Below, one piece after another: positions 52,929-64,000 of a stretch of 64,000 nucleotides of DNA. The stretch comes from Octopus sinensis (taxonomy: Eukaryota). A model generated the notes under the pieces. It made no database searches. It was not told where the DNA came from and was given only the letters and a program-made list of their open reading frames with translations. The stretch is from positions 132,308,001 to 132,372,000 of the forward strand of contig NC_042998.1 of the NCBI RefSeq assembly GCF_006345805.1, given 5' to 3'. The position numbers were made by a program, and so were the translations under genes. Position 1 is the stretch's first letter; every line of letters begins with the position of its first letter.

Positions 52929-53175
52929 CATATAGACTATATATATATCATATAGACTATATATATATATCATATATAGACATAATATATATATATCATA
53001 TAGACTATATATATATATATATATCATATAGACTATATATATATATATATCATATAGACTATATATATATAATGCGTGTATATGTACATGTAGAGGTAGG
53101 TACGTACATATATGTTTATATATATGCATATGTTTTATTTCATTTATTAATATATATATATACATATCATATAGA
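51805..53175. repeat. Minisatellite array (AT)n-CATATAGGCA / (AT)n-CATATAGACT
   Basis: Dozens of units with variable (AT)n spacers, interrupted by a hAT MITE. Confidence 0.9.
52409..52642. mobile_element. hAT (Charlie/Buster-like) MITE, 234 bp
   Basis: TIRs CAGTGATTCCCAA / reverse complement CAGTGTTTCCCAA. Perfect 8-bp TSD ATATAGAC at 52401-52408 and 52643-52650. Repeated GTGGGGCG subterminal motifs. Confidence 0.95.
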
Positions 53176-53584
53176 CAATATATTTACTAACACACAAATA
53201 TACGTGAGTGAGTGTGTGTGTGTGTGTGTGTGTGTGTTTATACAGCAGCCCGTCTATCCATTTGTCTACTTTGTCAGTCAGACGCAGGCAATCATCACTC
53301 CCTGGTTACCTATCTTCCTCTTCCTCTCCTCCCTCGTTCACTCACTTTCTTCATTTACTTTCCAGTGAATACCATCACATACACACTATCAGTTCTTTAC
53401 CCTTTTCTTTTATTTCTCAGAGGCATTCATTTCCCTCTCTATATATTTCATTCGCTTCATCTTCAAACCCTATCAACGTTAATCTGGATTTTTCCGAGGA
53501 AAATTTATAGTTTTGCAACCTTTCTCTTTCCAAAAACACATTCGAAGTGTATTCTGTCTGAAAATCCGTGGTTCTATATATATA

Positions 53585-53619
<35 letters not shown>

Positions 53620-53640
53620 CTATATATATACATATATATA

Positions 53641-53781
53641 CTTAGCGGTTCGGCAAAAGAGAACAATAGAATAAGTACTGGGCTTACAAAGAATATGTCC
53701 CGGGGTCGATTTGCTCGACTAAAGGCGGTGCTCCAGCATGGCCGCAGTCAAATGACTGAAAACAAGTAAAAGAGTAAAGAG
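53641..53781 (+). mobile_element. SINE family A, 3' terminal fragment
   Basis: cttagcggttcggcaaaagag...catggccgcagtcaaatgactgaaaacaagtaaaagag. Confidence 0.9.
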
Positions 53782-53821
53782 TATATATATATATATATAT
53801 ATCTCATTCTCTTTTTTTTTT

Positions 53822-54195
53822 CTCTTTTACTTGTTTCAGTCATTTGACTGCGACCATGCTGGAGCACCGCCTTTTTAGTCGAGCAAATCGACCCCCAGGA
53901 GTTATTCTTTGTAAGCCTAGTACTTATTCTATCGGTCTCTTTTGCCGAACCGCTATGTAACGGGGACGTAAACATACCAGCGGGGGACCAACACAGACAC
54001 ACACACACACTCATATATATATATATATATATGATGGGCTTCTTTCAGTTTCCGTCTACCAAATCCACTCACAAGGCTTTGGTCGGCCCGAGGCTATAGT
54101 AGAAGACACTTGCCCAAAGTGCCACGCAGTGGGACTGAACCCGGAACCATGTGGTTGATAAACAAGTTACTTACCACACAGCCACTCCTGCGCCT
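53822..54195 (-). mobile_element. Full-length SINE family A
   Basis: Complete reverse complement, ending in the head 'cacacagccactcctgcgcct'. Confidence 0.95.
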
Positions 54196-54345
54196 ATATG
54201 CACACATCCACGAAATGTGTGTGATTATGTTTATATGCATATATTTACACTCATAATATACATGTATGTGTGTATTTATTCGTGTTTTATGTATATATTG
54301 TTATATATTTGTGTGTAAGTATATAAACATACACACGTGTGTGCG

Positions 54346-54381
<36 letters not shown>

Positions 54382-56582
54382 ACACACACACACTCGTAAA
54401 ATATGATGCGTGCAAAATATAACGTGTATACCATAGAAATGCATTTCTATGCATTCTGTACACATGTGCAGGTACTCAGGTACATTGCTTTTCTATGCAC
54501 ACACACGTTATATTCGCGTACATACAATATTTTATACGTGAAAAATGTATTTAACACACACACACACACATCATATGAACGTATGTACTCACGGAAGCAC
54601 ACCCGCGAAAATAACTCCACAAATAAGATTCCCACGCAAGCAGAATTTCCTCCTCTTCCTGCAACTTACTCTTACTTTTCCTCCTACACCGGTTTATTTC
54701 TCTTATCTTTTCCGTCTCCTCCTCCCCATGTGTTTTGTTTTTGTTACTCCTCCTCTTTTCAAGCTTTCTCCCACCACCACGTTTTTCAATCTTACGGTTT
54801 TTTTTTTTTTTAATCTAAATCTCTACCTCCTCCTTCGTTACTTTTACTACACTCCTCCCCTTTTTTCTTCATCGCCATCCTATCTCCTCCTCCTCCTTCC
54901 ATTTCTTTCTCATACTCCCCCTCCCTCTCTACTATAGCTATGTATCGTTTTTTTTCTCTCATTTTTCCTATGAAAATTTTTTCGTCTCTTCCGGATATTT
55001 GAATACCTTTCATTTTTTTTCTCTCCAGATTCTCTCAATCTTTATTCTTTTTCTTACTTTCGTTTCTTTTTTTTAAATTTTTTTTTTTACTTCCACACTT
55101 TTTGAATGTATATATCGTAACGTTCACTTTCCTTCTCATTTTTCGGGATACTGGAACGACTTTACCGTTTTCTGTCCCTTCACTGTTACAATCATCACTC
55201 TGTTTACCATCTTTTAAATGTACCCACTCCCTTTTCTCTATGTATATTTTATTTCACACCACCGACACACACGCTCCATCACTTTCATATTTGCATCCCT
55301 CTCTCTCTCTCTCTCTCGTATCCATTCTCTTCTAAACTATCCCGCTCTTACCCTTTTTTTTCTGTTCCATCTCCCTTACAGTCTCTCCCATACTTTACTC
55401 ACCCCCTCTAAATTAGTCACTCAACATTAATTTCCTACTTATCTTACAATACACTTCTCTTTACCTTCCTTTTCGTTCCATTCCAATCTCTCTCTCTCTC
55501 TCTCTCTCTCTCCGTCTTTCTTTATCGTCTTCCTTACTCGTTGCTTTTTAGCACACGTTTTTGTTTTCACCTTCTGTTTCTCTAATCTCCCCCCCCCATC
55601 ACATCTCTCTCTCTTTCTCTCACCATCTCTTTCACCGTCGTTCTCCGCTTCCCCCTGTCTTTCGCTTCTTATCCCTTTTTTTTCTCTCCCCTTCCTTCAT
55701 TCATAACTAAGTCTTACTCATTCTACTACACTTGTTCCTTCCTTCGCTTTTTTTTTTTACAGCCTCTTTCTCCTTCTTATACTTCATCTCTTTGCACACA
55801 CGCTACACACACACAATAACGTACCTCCCTTATCCTTCTCCAATAGTCTACCCATCACACCCATACTCATTTATTCTCACTCCCGCTCTTGCTGCTGCTG
55901 CTGCTGCTGCTGTTGTTCATCTTTGCTTTGCAGCTTCTGTAGATGAATGGACAGGGTAACACTGTTACGAAGAGGAGGAGGAGGGACACCATCACCATCC
56001 CCGTCGTGAACACCACCTTCTTTTAATACACACGTGTGTGTGTGTGTACTCAAAAGAATCATGTATTTCATTTATACAACACGCACAAGCACGCGCGTAC
56101 ATACACACACGGGGACGAAAGACTAAAGTCACGTCGTGTTATCAGTCGATTGTATACACACACAGGTGTGCATTTGTCTATGTGTATATATGTGTGTGTG
56201 TGTGAACGCAATTATTAGAAGTATACGTGTGCTTACACATTAACCAGATACAAAATCCGTTATTAGAAAGAGACGTTCATAACTACAGACGTCAAGCAAA
56301 AGGAACCCTGATAACGAGGTCGCTCGGTGTGCTAGAAATAGTAGCCCACATCCCTCAATTTACACCCATACCATACCGTCTTGTAAAATGCAAATGCTGC
56401 ATTGAATAAAAGAGTGTTCACTATATACAAAATGACAAATCATCACGGTCACAAACACCTTTGACGAAACAACAAGGTACAGACAGACGCGTGCGTACAC
56501 ACACCCACCCGCGAGACACACACACACAAGCACGCACGGCCAGATACAAAGAGACTGGAGCAAACGCAGTGAACATACTCAC

Positions 56583-56700
56583 CAGACATTATATATACAC
56601 CCGTTGTCTGCTATTATTCTGAGTGCAGGTGTATTTGCTACACTGAGTATTATTAGCGACTCCTCATTCCTTTCTTTTGCACGCGAGCACACACACACAC
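56583..56700 (-). other. Putative minus-strand non-coding exon end (5' boundary unknown)
   Basis: Consensus donor CTG|GTGAGT (plus strand actcac|cag, 56577-56585) in unique, CpG-rich sequence. This rests on a single splice signal only. Confidence 0.25.
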
Positions 56701-57693
56701 AAACACGTTTTTCTCATTTTTATGCACTATGCGTATACGTATATTGTATATAAATCTACAATTCTTTACTTTGTTTTGACGATTACGGTCAAGGCTATGA
56801 TGGGGCTGCTTAATCAGTAAATATACATTTGCATATTTATATTACATATACGTTTTTATACCTGCGTGTCTGTATATATATATATATAAATATATATATA
56901 TATACACGCGCACCTATGTTTGTATAGTATATATATTTATATACACACACACCCGTGTTTGCTGTGTATCTATCTATAGATCTGACGAGCTAGGTAAATG
57001 TTTTTTCTTGACGGAGTAAAAAGAGAGTAGGTGCTTTCTCGTGTAAATTATTCTCTCGGTTGTGTATAGACTTCGGGGTAGTTGTCCGCGTACAAGCTAC
57101 GTGCGCGTGTTTGCTTGCTTGCTTGTCTATAATGTCAATACGTACGTGTGTGTACGTGTGTCTGTTCGACTATTACTACAAGGCAAGGCAAGCAAAGCTA
57201 ACAGTGTGTGCTTCACTATAGGAGAAGAAGAAGAAAGAAAAAAAGCCAGCTAACGAAGCAAGTCGGCAGAATAAGAGATAGAAAGAAAGAGACAGAAGCG
57301 GATAGGGAGAATGCGTATGTAAGAGAAAACGATAGATAGAAAGTAGTAAGGAAATTGAGTGTATGTGAGAAGAATAGAAAGTGAGAGGGTGTAAGAGGAG
57401 ATAGACAAGGAAAGAGAGTGGGTAGGTGAATGAGAAAGAGAGAATATGAAAAGGTAGCAAGGAAACTGAGAATGAGAGAGAGACAGTGATAGGTGGTAAT
57501 GATATATATATATATATATATATAAAGAGAGAGAGTGATTGATAGTAAAGATATTGAGTGAGTGAGTAAAAGAAAGACAGAAAGTAGTAAGGAAACTGAA
57601 AGGGGGTGTGTAAGAGACAGCGATAGGTAGTACGAAGACGGAGGGTTTCGCTGTAGACATACAGTCTTCGTAAATGCATTTTTTTTTCCGCCC

Positions 57694-57732
<39 letters not shown>

Positions 57733-58875
57733 GAAGCATAGTGAGTGGGGAGAGGGAAGCAAAGACAGGCAACAACAACAAGAGCATTAGCAGCAGCAGC
57801 AGTGGCGGCGGCCAGTGAGAAGAGCTTGTTGTTGCTTGCGCTCTTTGGAAATATACTAGAAATACGTATACATACATATGTATATATCCACGCAAACATA
57901 TAAACAATATATATATGTGTGTGTATATATATAGATACAATTAAGTTGATATAATCTAATATATATATATATATACATACAAACAAACAAATTAACACAT
58001 ATATAAATATATGTAAACATATCTACATAAATATACTCACACATATATGTATATATATATACTCATGCCTGTGTAGGAAGGAAAGTACCTTGTGTGTATT
58101 AACAAGCGACGCAGCAGACCGTTTATTATATTGTACTTATTATACACATGTGCTGGATTTATAGCACGGCCAGAAACGTCCATCATCGTCATTCACTTCC
58201 TCTTCATCACTATTATTATTATTATTACTATTATTGTTGCTGTGTTACATTCTGTCAATGTGTTCCACTTATACATCCCGGAGTATGTCGCTTGCTGCAT
58301 TTTACTGTTGTTACTATTATTATTACTACCATCCTTATTCGTGACATCGCCGCCGCATCATCATCAACATCATTATTATTATTATTATTATTATTATCCG
58401 CATCTTATTCACCCTTATCTTCATCGTTTTTTCGTATTCATCATCGTTATCATCGTCAATGCCACCTCTGCAAGTGTAAACCACCACCATCCTTTCTTTT
58501 ATCAACATGAAAAAAAGCAACAGTATTATGACAGTACGATTATAGTAAAAGAAAATCCATCGAGAAGAGAAAGCAATATATACGTGTGTGTATATATATA
58601 TATATACATATATATCTTACCATCGTCGTCATATTTCAAAAATCTTTGCTAGCCAAATCGGATATATATGAAAACTATCTGCTTACATTTTGAAAAAAAA
58701 GTAAAATTTTTTTAGTGATATACGAACTAACCTTTTCTACATCTTTCAACACATTTTTACTCGTACACACTTTTTTATAATTTTTTCCCCCTTTTTGTTT
58801 GCTTCCAAATTTCCGCCCTCTTTCTCTTAAATCCAACAAGCCCCAATTTTACTCTGTGTGGTTGTGTGTGTCCCC

Positions 58876-58917
<42 letters not shown>

Positions 58918-59449
58918 GAACGTACATACATACATACACGTGTGTTCTGCTCTTGGATTTACAAATGTATATTTATTAAAAAAAAAAAAAGATCGCTGTC
59001 TTTTAAAAAGAGGATTTAAACCAAAATATTCAACGTTAAACTTTTTAAAACAAAAATGGATATATACAAAAGAGAAAGAGGAAATACTTTCCGGTTATTA
59101 ATATTTTTATCATTGTCATAAATTTAGCACACGAAACAAAAAATACTTTGCAGTGTTTAAAATTGTTTCATTCTCCCAGATATTTTTTTTTTCTTCTTTT
59201 GTTGGGAGAAAAGAGAATTTACAGTAGAAACAAACCTTCAGCTGTCCCTCCAGTGTAAAAATTACTTTAAAAAAAAAAATATTTTAAAAGGGAAAAAAAA
59301 ACGTGAGAAAAAAAATTAAATTAAATTAACGAAAGACAAAAAAAACATGAGCCTTCTCGCATATAAACACATTTTTTCACATATATACAAACACATACGC
59401 AGACGCAAATATTGAAGTACTAAAATAGCACAACAAACAATATTTAACC
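56700..59449 (+). promoter_or_regulatory. Putative promoter / long 5' UTR region
   Basis: TE-free and CpG-retaining, with GA/CT, CAG/CAA and TAT repeats typical of invertebrate 5' UTRs. Lies directly upstream of an ATG-to-donor exon. No core promoter motif was pinned down. Confidence 0.35.
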
Positions 59450-59523
59450 ATGTGGAGCATTTTACATGCATATCAATATTCTAAAGTTGGACCTACTATT
59501 CCTTATCCAAAAGCTACTTACAG
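59450..59523 (+). CDS. Probable first coding exon of an unidentified gene (MWSILHAYQYSKVGPTIPYPKATY, phase-2 intron follows)
   Basis: ATG in aaccATG context, 24 open codons of non-repetitive sequence, and a perfect donor CAG|GTAAGT at 59524. No downstream coding exon was recognised in the window. Confidence 0.45.
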
Positions 59524-62500
59524 GTAAGTGTGGTTTATTTATACACACACATACACGCTCATATATATATCATATATATACGCACACTCTACCTTACACA
59601 ATACCATACAATTGTACGTATACACATTCACATGTATTGTAGTATATTTTTAATGCATGTTTAACGATGAGAATATTGTGTGTGTGTACATGTGTGCGAA
59701 GAATTTGGCCAACTGTATGTAACAGGCATCTCAGAGTTTGGAGGAATGGGTACCTGCTGCCCTTTTCTACCGTTTTATCATATTTATTTTTCAGAGATCG
59801 GGCAATCTAGCAAACAATTTCTATATACTGGTCACACGCACACACAAACACCCAGAGAGTGTGTGTGTTTGGGTTATATACATAGATGAGTGTATTTAAT
59901 TTTGCTTATGTCCAACAACGATCTGTCTTCAACTGTTGTCAGTCGATGATTGAATCAAAGCTCCTAAACCAAAAACCATAGCAAAAAGAACAACACTTGA
60001 TTTTTCGTTCGTTGTTTTCGTCGTCAATAAGACATTCGTATTTTTGCTAGCTAGTTAGTTCTTCTGTATTAACGAGTAGGCAAAACTAAAACTCACTCAC
60101 TCACTCACGCTGTCAGTATTGTAGTAAGGTGTGCGCTCGAGTCAAACACACAAACAATCTAAGAACATAGCACATTGTAGCTACATTATAAACACATATA
60201 TCATCACAGTCATGAAACACGCGAACCGATTCCCCCAGTATTAACTCTTTGTCTGTCTTTCTGCCATTTAAGCTTTCTGTTTGCATGTCTCTCTTTCTCT
60301 CTCTCTGTTGTATGTCTACGTGTGTTTTGCTTAATATTTCTCCTCCGTCACGTTTATTTCTTTTCGTCGTATCATTTCAATTGTACTGTCTGTTGTATTG
60401 TCATCATTACTTGCCTCAATTAGTAATGCGATTGCTAAAATATAGAGTAAAATCATTTCTGCTCTCTCTCTCTCTCTCTCTGATCGATATTATATTATTA
60501 TTGTGATCAATAATGATTTCTCTTATTTGCCACAAGGGCGTCGAATGAAGGAGACATTACAAGGACAAATTTGAAAGAAAATACCGGCAGCAATTTACGT
60601 AGAATTGATTATGCAAAATAAAATAAAAAATAACAGCGAACGCATTAAAAAATAAATGTAAATAATTACAATGTAGAGATGATTTTTCGATCGACAGAAT
60701 CCACAAATTTGAGGGAAGCAGTTGGATCGATGAAATCGCGCCCCACTCTATTTACTACTACTACTGATCTGATGGTCTTCAATATAAGTACCAGGGGCGT
60801 ACAGGGGATGGGAATCGAAATAGTCTGTTGTTTGTCTCTCTATCCCCACCCATTTACACACAATTCCCAAATATCCTGGCCTCGTGTCACTAATAATAAT
60901 AATAATAATAATATAATTATTATTATTATTATCGTTCTTACTAATGTTTATGAGTGTGGTTTGTGTGTGTATTTCTGGTTTTATTTTCTTTTACTTTTGG
61001 TTTTGGCTTTATCCAGTGTATGAATGTATGAGATTACGGTGGCTTCTGCCACTTCACAAAAATATATTAGCTGCCGTAGAAAAGAAAAGAGAAAAGAAGA
61101 AAAAAAAGAGACAGACTGTGAGAATGGAGGAGAGAGAAATCACAGGCGAAACAAACATAAAATGATTAACCCAAGTTTGAAACACACACACACACACAGT
61201 ATAATGTGTGTGTGTAAGATTTAAAGGAACTGAACAGGTTATTGACCGATTTCCCACCACCACCCTCTCAACACGGCACTTGATGACGATGGTGGTGGTG
61301 ATGATGATACTGGTGTGTTATTCGTCAGTGTTTTTACTGTTGTTGACTTGCTTTTGATGTGTTCTCGTTTTGCCTTCCGGGGAAAAAAAAAGGCTTTGAA
61401 AAAAAAAAGAAATGTACGTTTTAATAACCACTTGAAACTCGGAATACTTGTTTGTTAATGTTCATCATCATCATTATTAATATTAGTAGTAGTAGTAGTA
61501 GTAGAATGGCCGGGCGTGTATCATGCAGAAAACACATTCCAAATAATATATATGTTTATATTTAAAGATGCTTATTATGCTTAAATATTTGTCTCTTTAT
61601 TGCACACTGTTACAGAATAAACACATATTGTCCTAATTGAATCTTCTCCGACAAAAAAGATAGTCGAACGCACGAACACCCACAGAAACAAACAAAGCCA
61701 GCCGACTGGCGTATTTTCTTTCAGCAAAAGGATTAATAAATACACAGAGATAAATGTGCTTACACATACACACACACGCCGTTTGTCCATTATAATGTCC
61801 ATTACAATCAACCGGTTAATTAAAAAGCTTTTTTTCTTCTTTTCATACACGAACACGTTATCACGAAATGCTACCTCGGATCTTGATGCATTTATAATAT
61901 ACATTATGTATATATATATATTATATGAACCACATTTATTAAGGCTTTCTCTGATAAATAACAGCTATGATATTCAAACAATTCATCTGTTATACACATT
62001 TTTATCAGGCCGAATAATGTTTACGTAAAATCTTTCCGACTCTTAATAGATGTTTATTCATTTCACCGTAGCTGGGTACTTTCGACCGAAGTACCTTCCT
62101 TACACATGTACTCAGATACTTGTAGCGATAGTAAATTAATAATAGTAAGTGGTGATGGTGTATGTGTGAAGAAACTGCTTAAAGCATGAAAAGAAAGACA
62201 AAAAGAAAAATACTCATGACTATTTGAGCGAGAATTGCTTAGATGTTGGAAATTTTGTTGGCATGTATGTGTATGAAATACACCCACTCTCTCTTTATAT
62301 ACACGCACACATGCATAAAATCTATCCACACATACGTGTGTGTGGATGGATAGATAGATAGATATGTGCTGTACCTTCTACATTTTTTCCTCTCCACCCA
62401 CAGGGATTATTACAATAATATAGGACACAAACAGCGCATCCATGTGTGTATTTATGTGTGTGTGTGTATAATCGAGTGTTTTTTCTAAATCGCCCTTCAT

Positions 62501-62805
62501 AAATGGGGCGACTGTATTGTCACAAAAACATTTCGCTGTTGTAAACACGTTTATTTTTTTCTTTTTCGTTTTGTTTCACTTCAAAAATCTCGTCGTGTGT
62601 GTGTATGCTGGAGGGGAAATATTAATAGGATTTGTCAGATTTTTTATCATTAGCTTTTAAATTATTTTTAGAATTATTTTATTTAATTTTTATTTTCATC
62701 TCTTTCCAATTTTTCGTAGATTTAAAAATATTTAGCTAACATGCGAACACTTTACACATGTACAAATTGTTCATCCTCTCTGACTCATGTACGTACACAC
62801 ACTCG

Positions 62806-62845
<40 letters not shown>

Positions 62846-63459
62846 TGTGTATGTGTAAGGGTGTTGTGGAGATCCTCCACTTTATGGAGGCAATGAGTTT
62901 CTGAAAATATTGTTGAGACGCGAAATTAATTTTCCCACTTGTACTGATATTATAAAGTGAGAGTGCGTTTCGACGGATTTTTCCCCTGAAAATCAATAAT
63001 AATAGCAACATGAACCAACAGCACGAACACCTTTATGCATTGAAAATAATAATAATAATAATTTAAAAGCTAATGATAAAAATCTAACAAATCCTGAAAT
63101 ATTTTCCATCCAGTTATACTACACACATGATGAGAATTTTGAAGTGAAACAAAACGAAAAAGGAAAAGAAAAAAATATGCTCATTAAAACATTTGAAGTG
63201 AAATAAATAAGGATCGTAATAGGGTACTTGGAGATGGTCATATCTTGCTATCCTCAAGTATATAAACAATATCTGTTTCAACACACGATTTCACATCAAG
63301 AATCTTGCAGAACAACTAGATAAATGTTATAGGGTGCGTTTTACCACAAAAGCTATTTGTGGGAGGAGTGGTGGGGAAATGGGTATTACTGGCAGAATGA
63401 GGGACATTATTTATTCTTCACCTTATAGTTCAACTTTTACTACTCAAATTGTTTTATAT

Positions 63460-64000
63460 TTATGGTACTTCATCTCTTTGTACGGCTCAGTGTAAAAACT
63501 GATTTCATTGTAAGCTCTTGTTATTTATATGTTACGTTCATTATTAGGGCTGTTATCAGCAAAAACTTGCAGATCTTCTGTAAATGCCAACCCAGCAATA
63601 TTCTTTGCAGTTAATTGGAGTGGAGTTGGCGAAATTTCCGTATATTCATCTGTATTCTGAGATTGCTCCTGTTCTAACAATATCAACTCCTTCTTAGGTA
63701 AACTTTCTCTGTGGGGCACTAGTAACTCAACCATACCATTCTCTATGACTCCTTGAAATCCTACATCATCTGCAAATATCTGAATATCTTTCTGAATTTC
63801 ATGTAAACTTTATGCTTGTAGAAGTCACAGATACAGTCTGGACGGAAATTTTTCGAGAACAATTCAAATTTAAGGTTAAACTTCATGCTACGACCCATTT
63901 ATTATCCATGATGATGAACTTCTTCCAGAAGTCCCTAATTTAGGTTTATCCTCCTTTTAATTGCTTTGAAATTTCTTCTTGTATGATATTCTTTGAGGTT
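63460..64000 (-). mobile_element. Tigger/pogo-family transposase C-terminal remnant
   Basis: Minus strand: DFWKKFIIMD..VA* / RPDCICDF / EIQKDIQIFADDVGFQGVIENGMVELLVPHRESLPKKELILLEQE...LTAKNIA...LQVFADNSPNNER, matching the Tigger1/TIGD1-like C-terminus. It continues beyond the window. Confidence 0.85.

Noticed and set aside
51805-53175. CRISPR-like repeat/spacer appearance of the minisatellite
   Set aside because: The spacers are only (AT)n of varying length, the context is eukaryotic, and there are no cas genes.
56441-56462. 10-nt match to the miR-2001 5' end on the minus strand (similar short matches to miR-12 at ~56643 and miR-277 at ~57671)
   Set aside because: Only the seed region matches, and I found no complementary arm giving a pre-miRNA hairpin.
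57629-57673. Hairpin tacgaagac...gtcttcgta
   Set aside because: A 9-bp core stem of ~45 nt in total is too short and irregular for a pre-miRNA call and could be chance.

Overview
AT-rich, microsatellite-dense eukaryotic DNA. Its SINE repertoire and (TA)n/(CA)n/(GA)n load look like an octopus (coleoid cephalopod) genome; this is inferred from recall, not from a search. No complete protein-coding gene is present. Almost all ORFs in the track are translations of simple repeats or SINEs. The window is mostly mobile-element debris: at least four SINE-like families in many copies, a near full-length decayed Penelope-like retroelement (minus strand, ~32.8-34.7 kb), R4/Dong non-LTR fragments, mariner, maT-like and Tigger remnants, and two hAT MITEs. 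A 100-N gap at 46801-46900 is flanked by a ~2.75 kb duplication that is most likely a contig-overlap artefact. Gene-like signals are limited to a pair of small + strand exons at 6.7-6.9 kb, with a recursive-splice-like AG|GTAAGT junction, and a probable first coding exon at 59450-59523 downstream of a CpG-rich, possibly bidirectional promoter region. The most unusual structures are: (1) a dispersed AT-rich foldback element present twice, whose two arms co-vary between copies; (2) a hammerhead-ribozyme-like core in a (TA)n-flanked cassette at 18.5 kb; (3) closely spaced inverted SINE pairs that would form dsRNA; (4) a CpG-depleted to CpG-rich transition near 30.6 kb.
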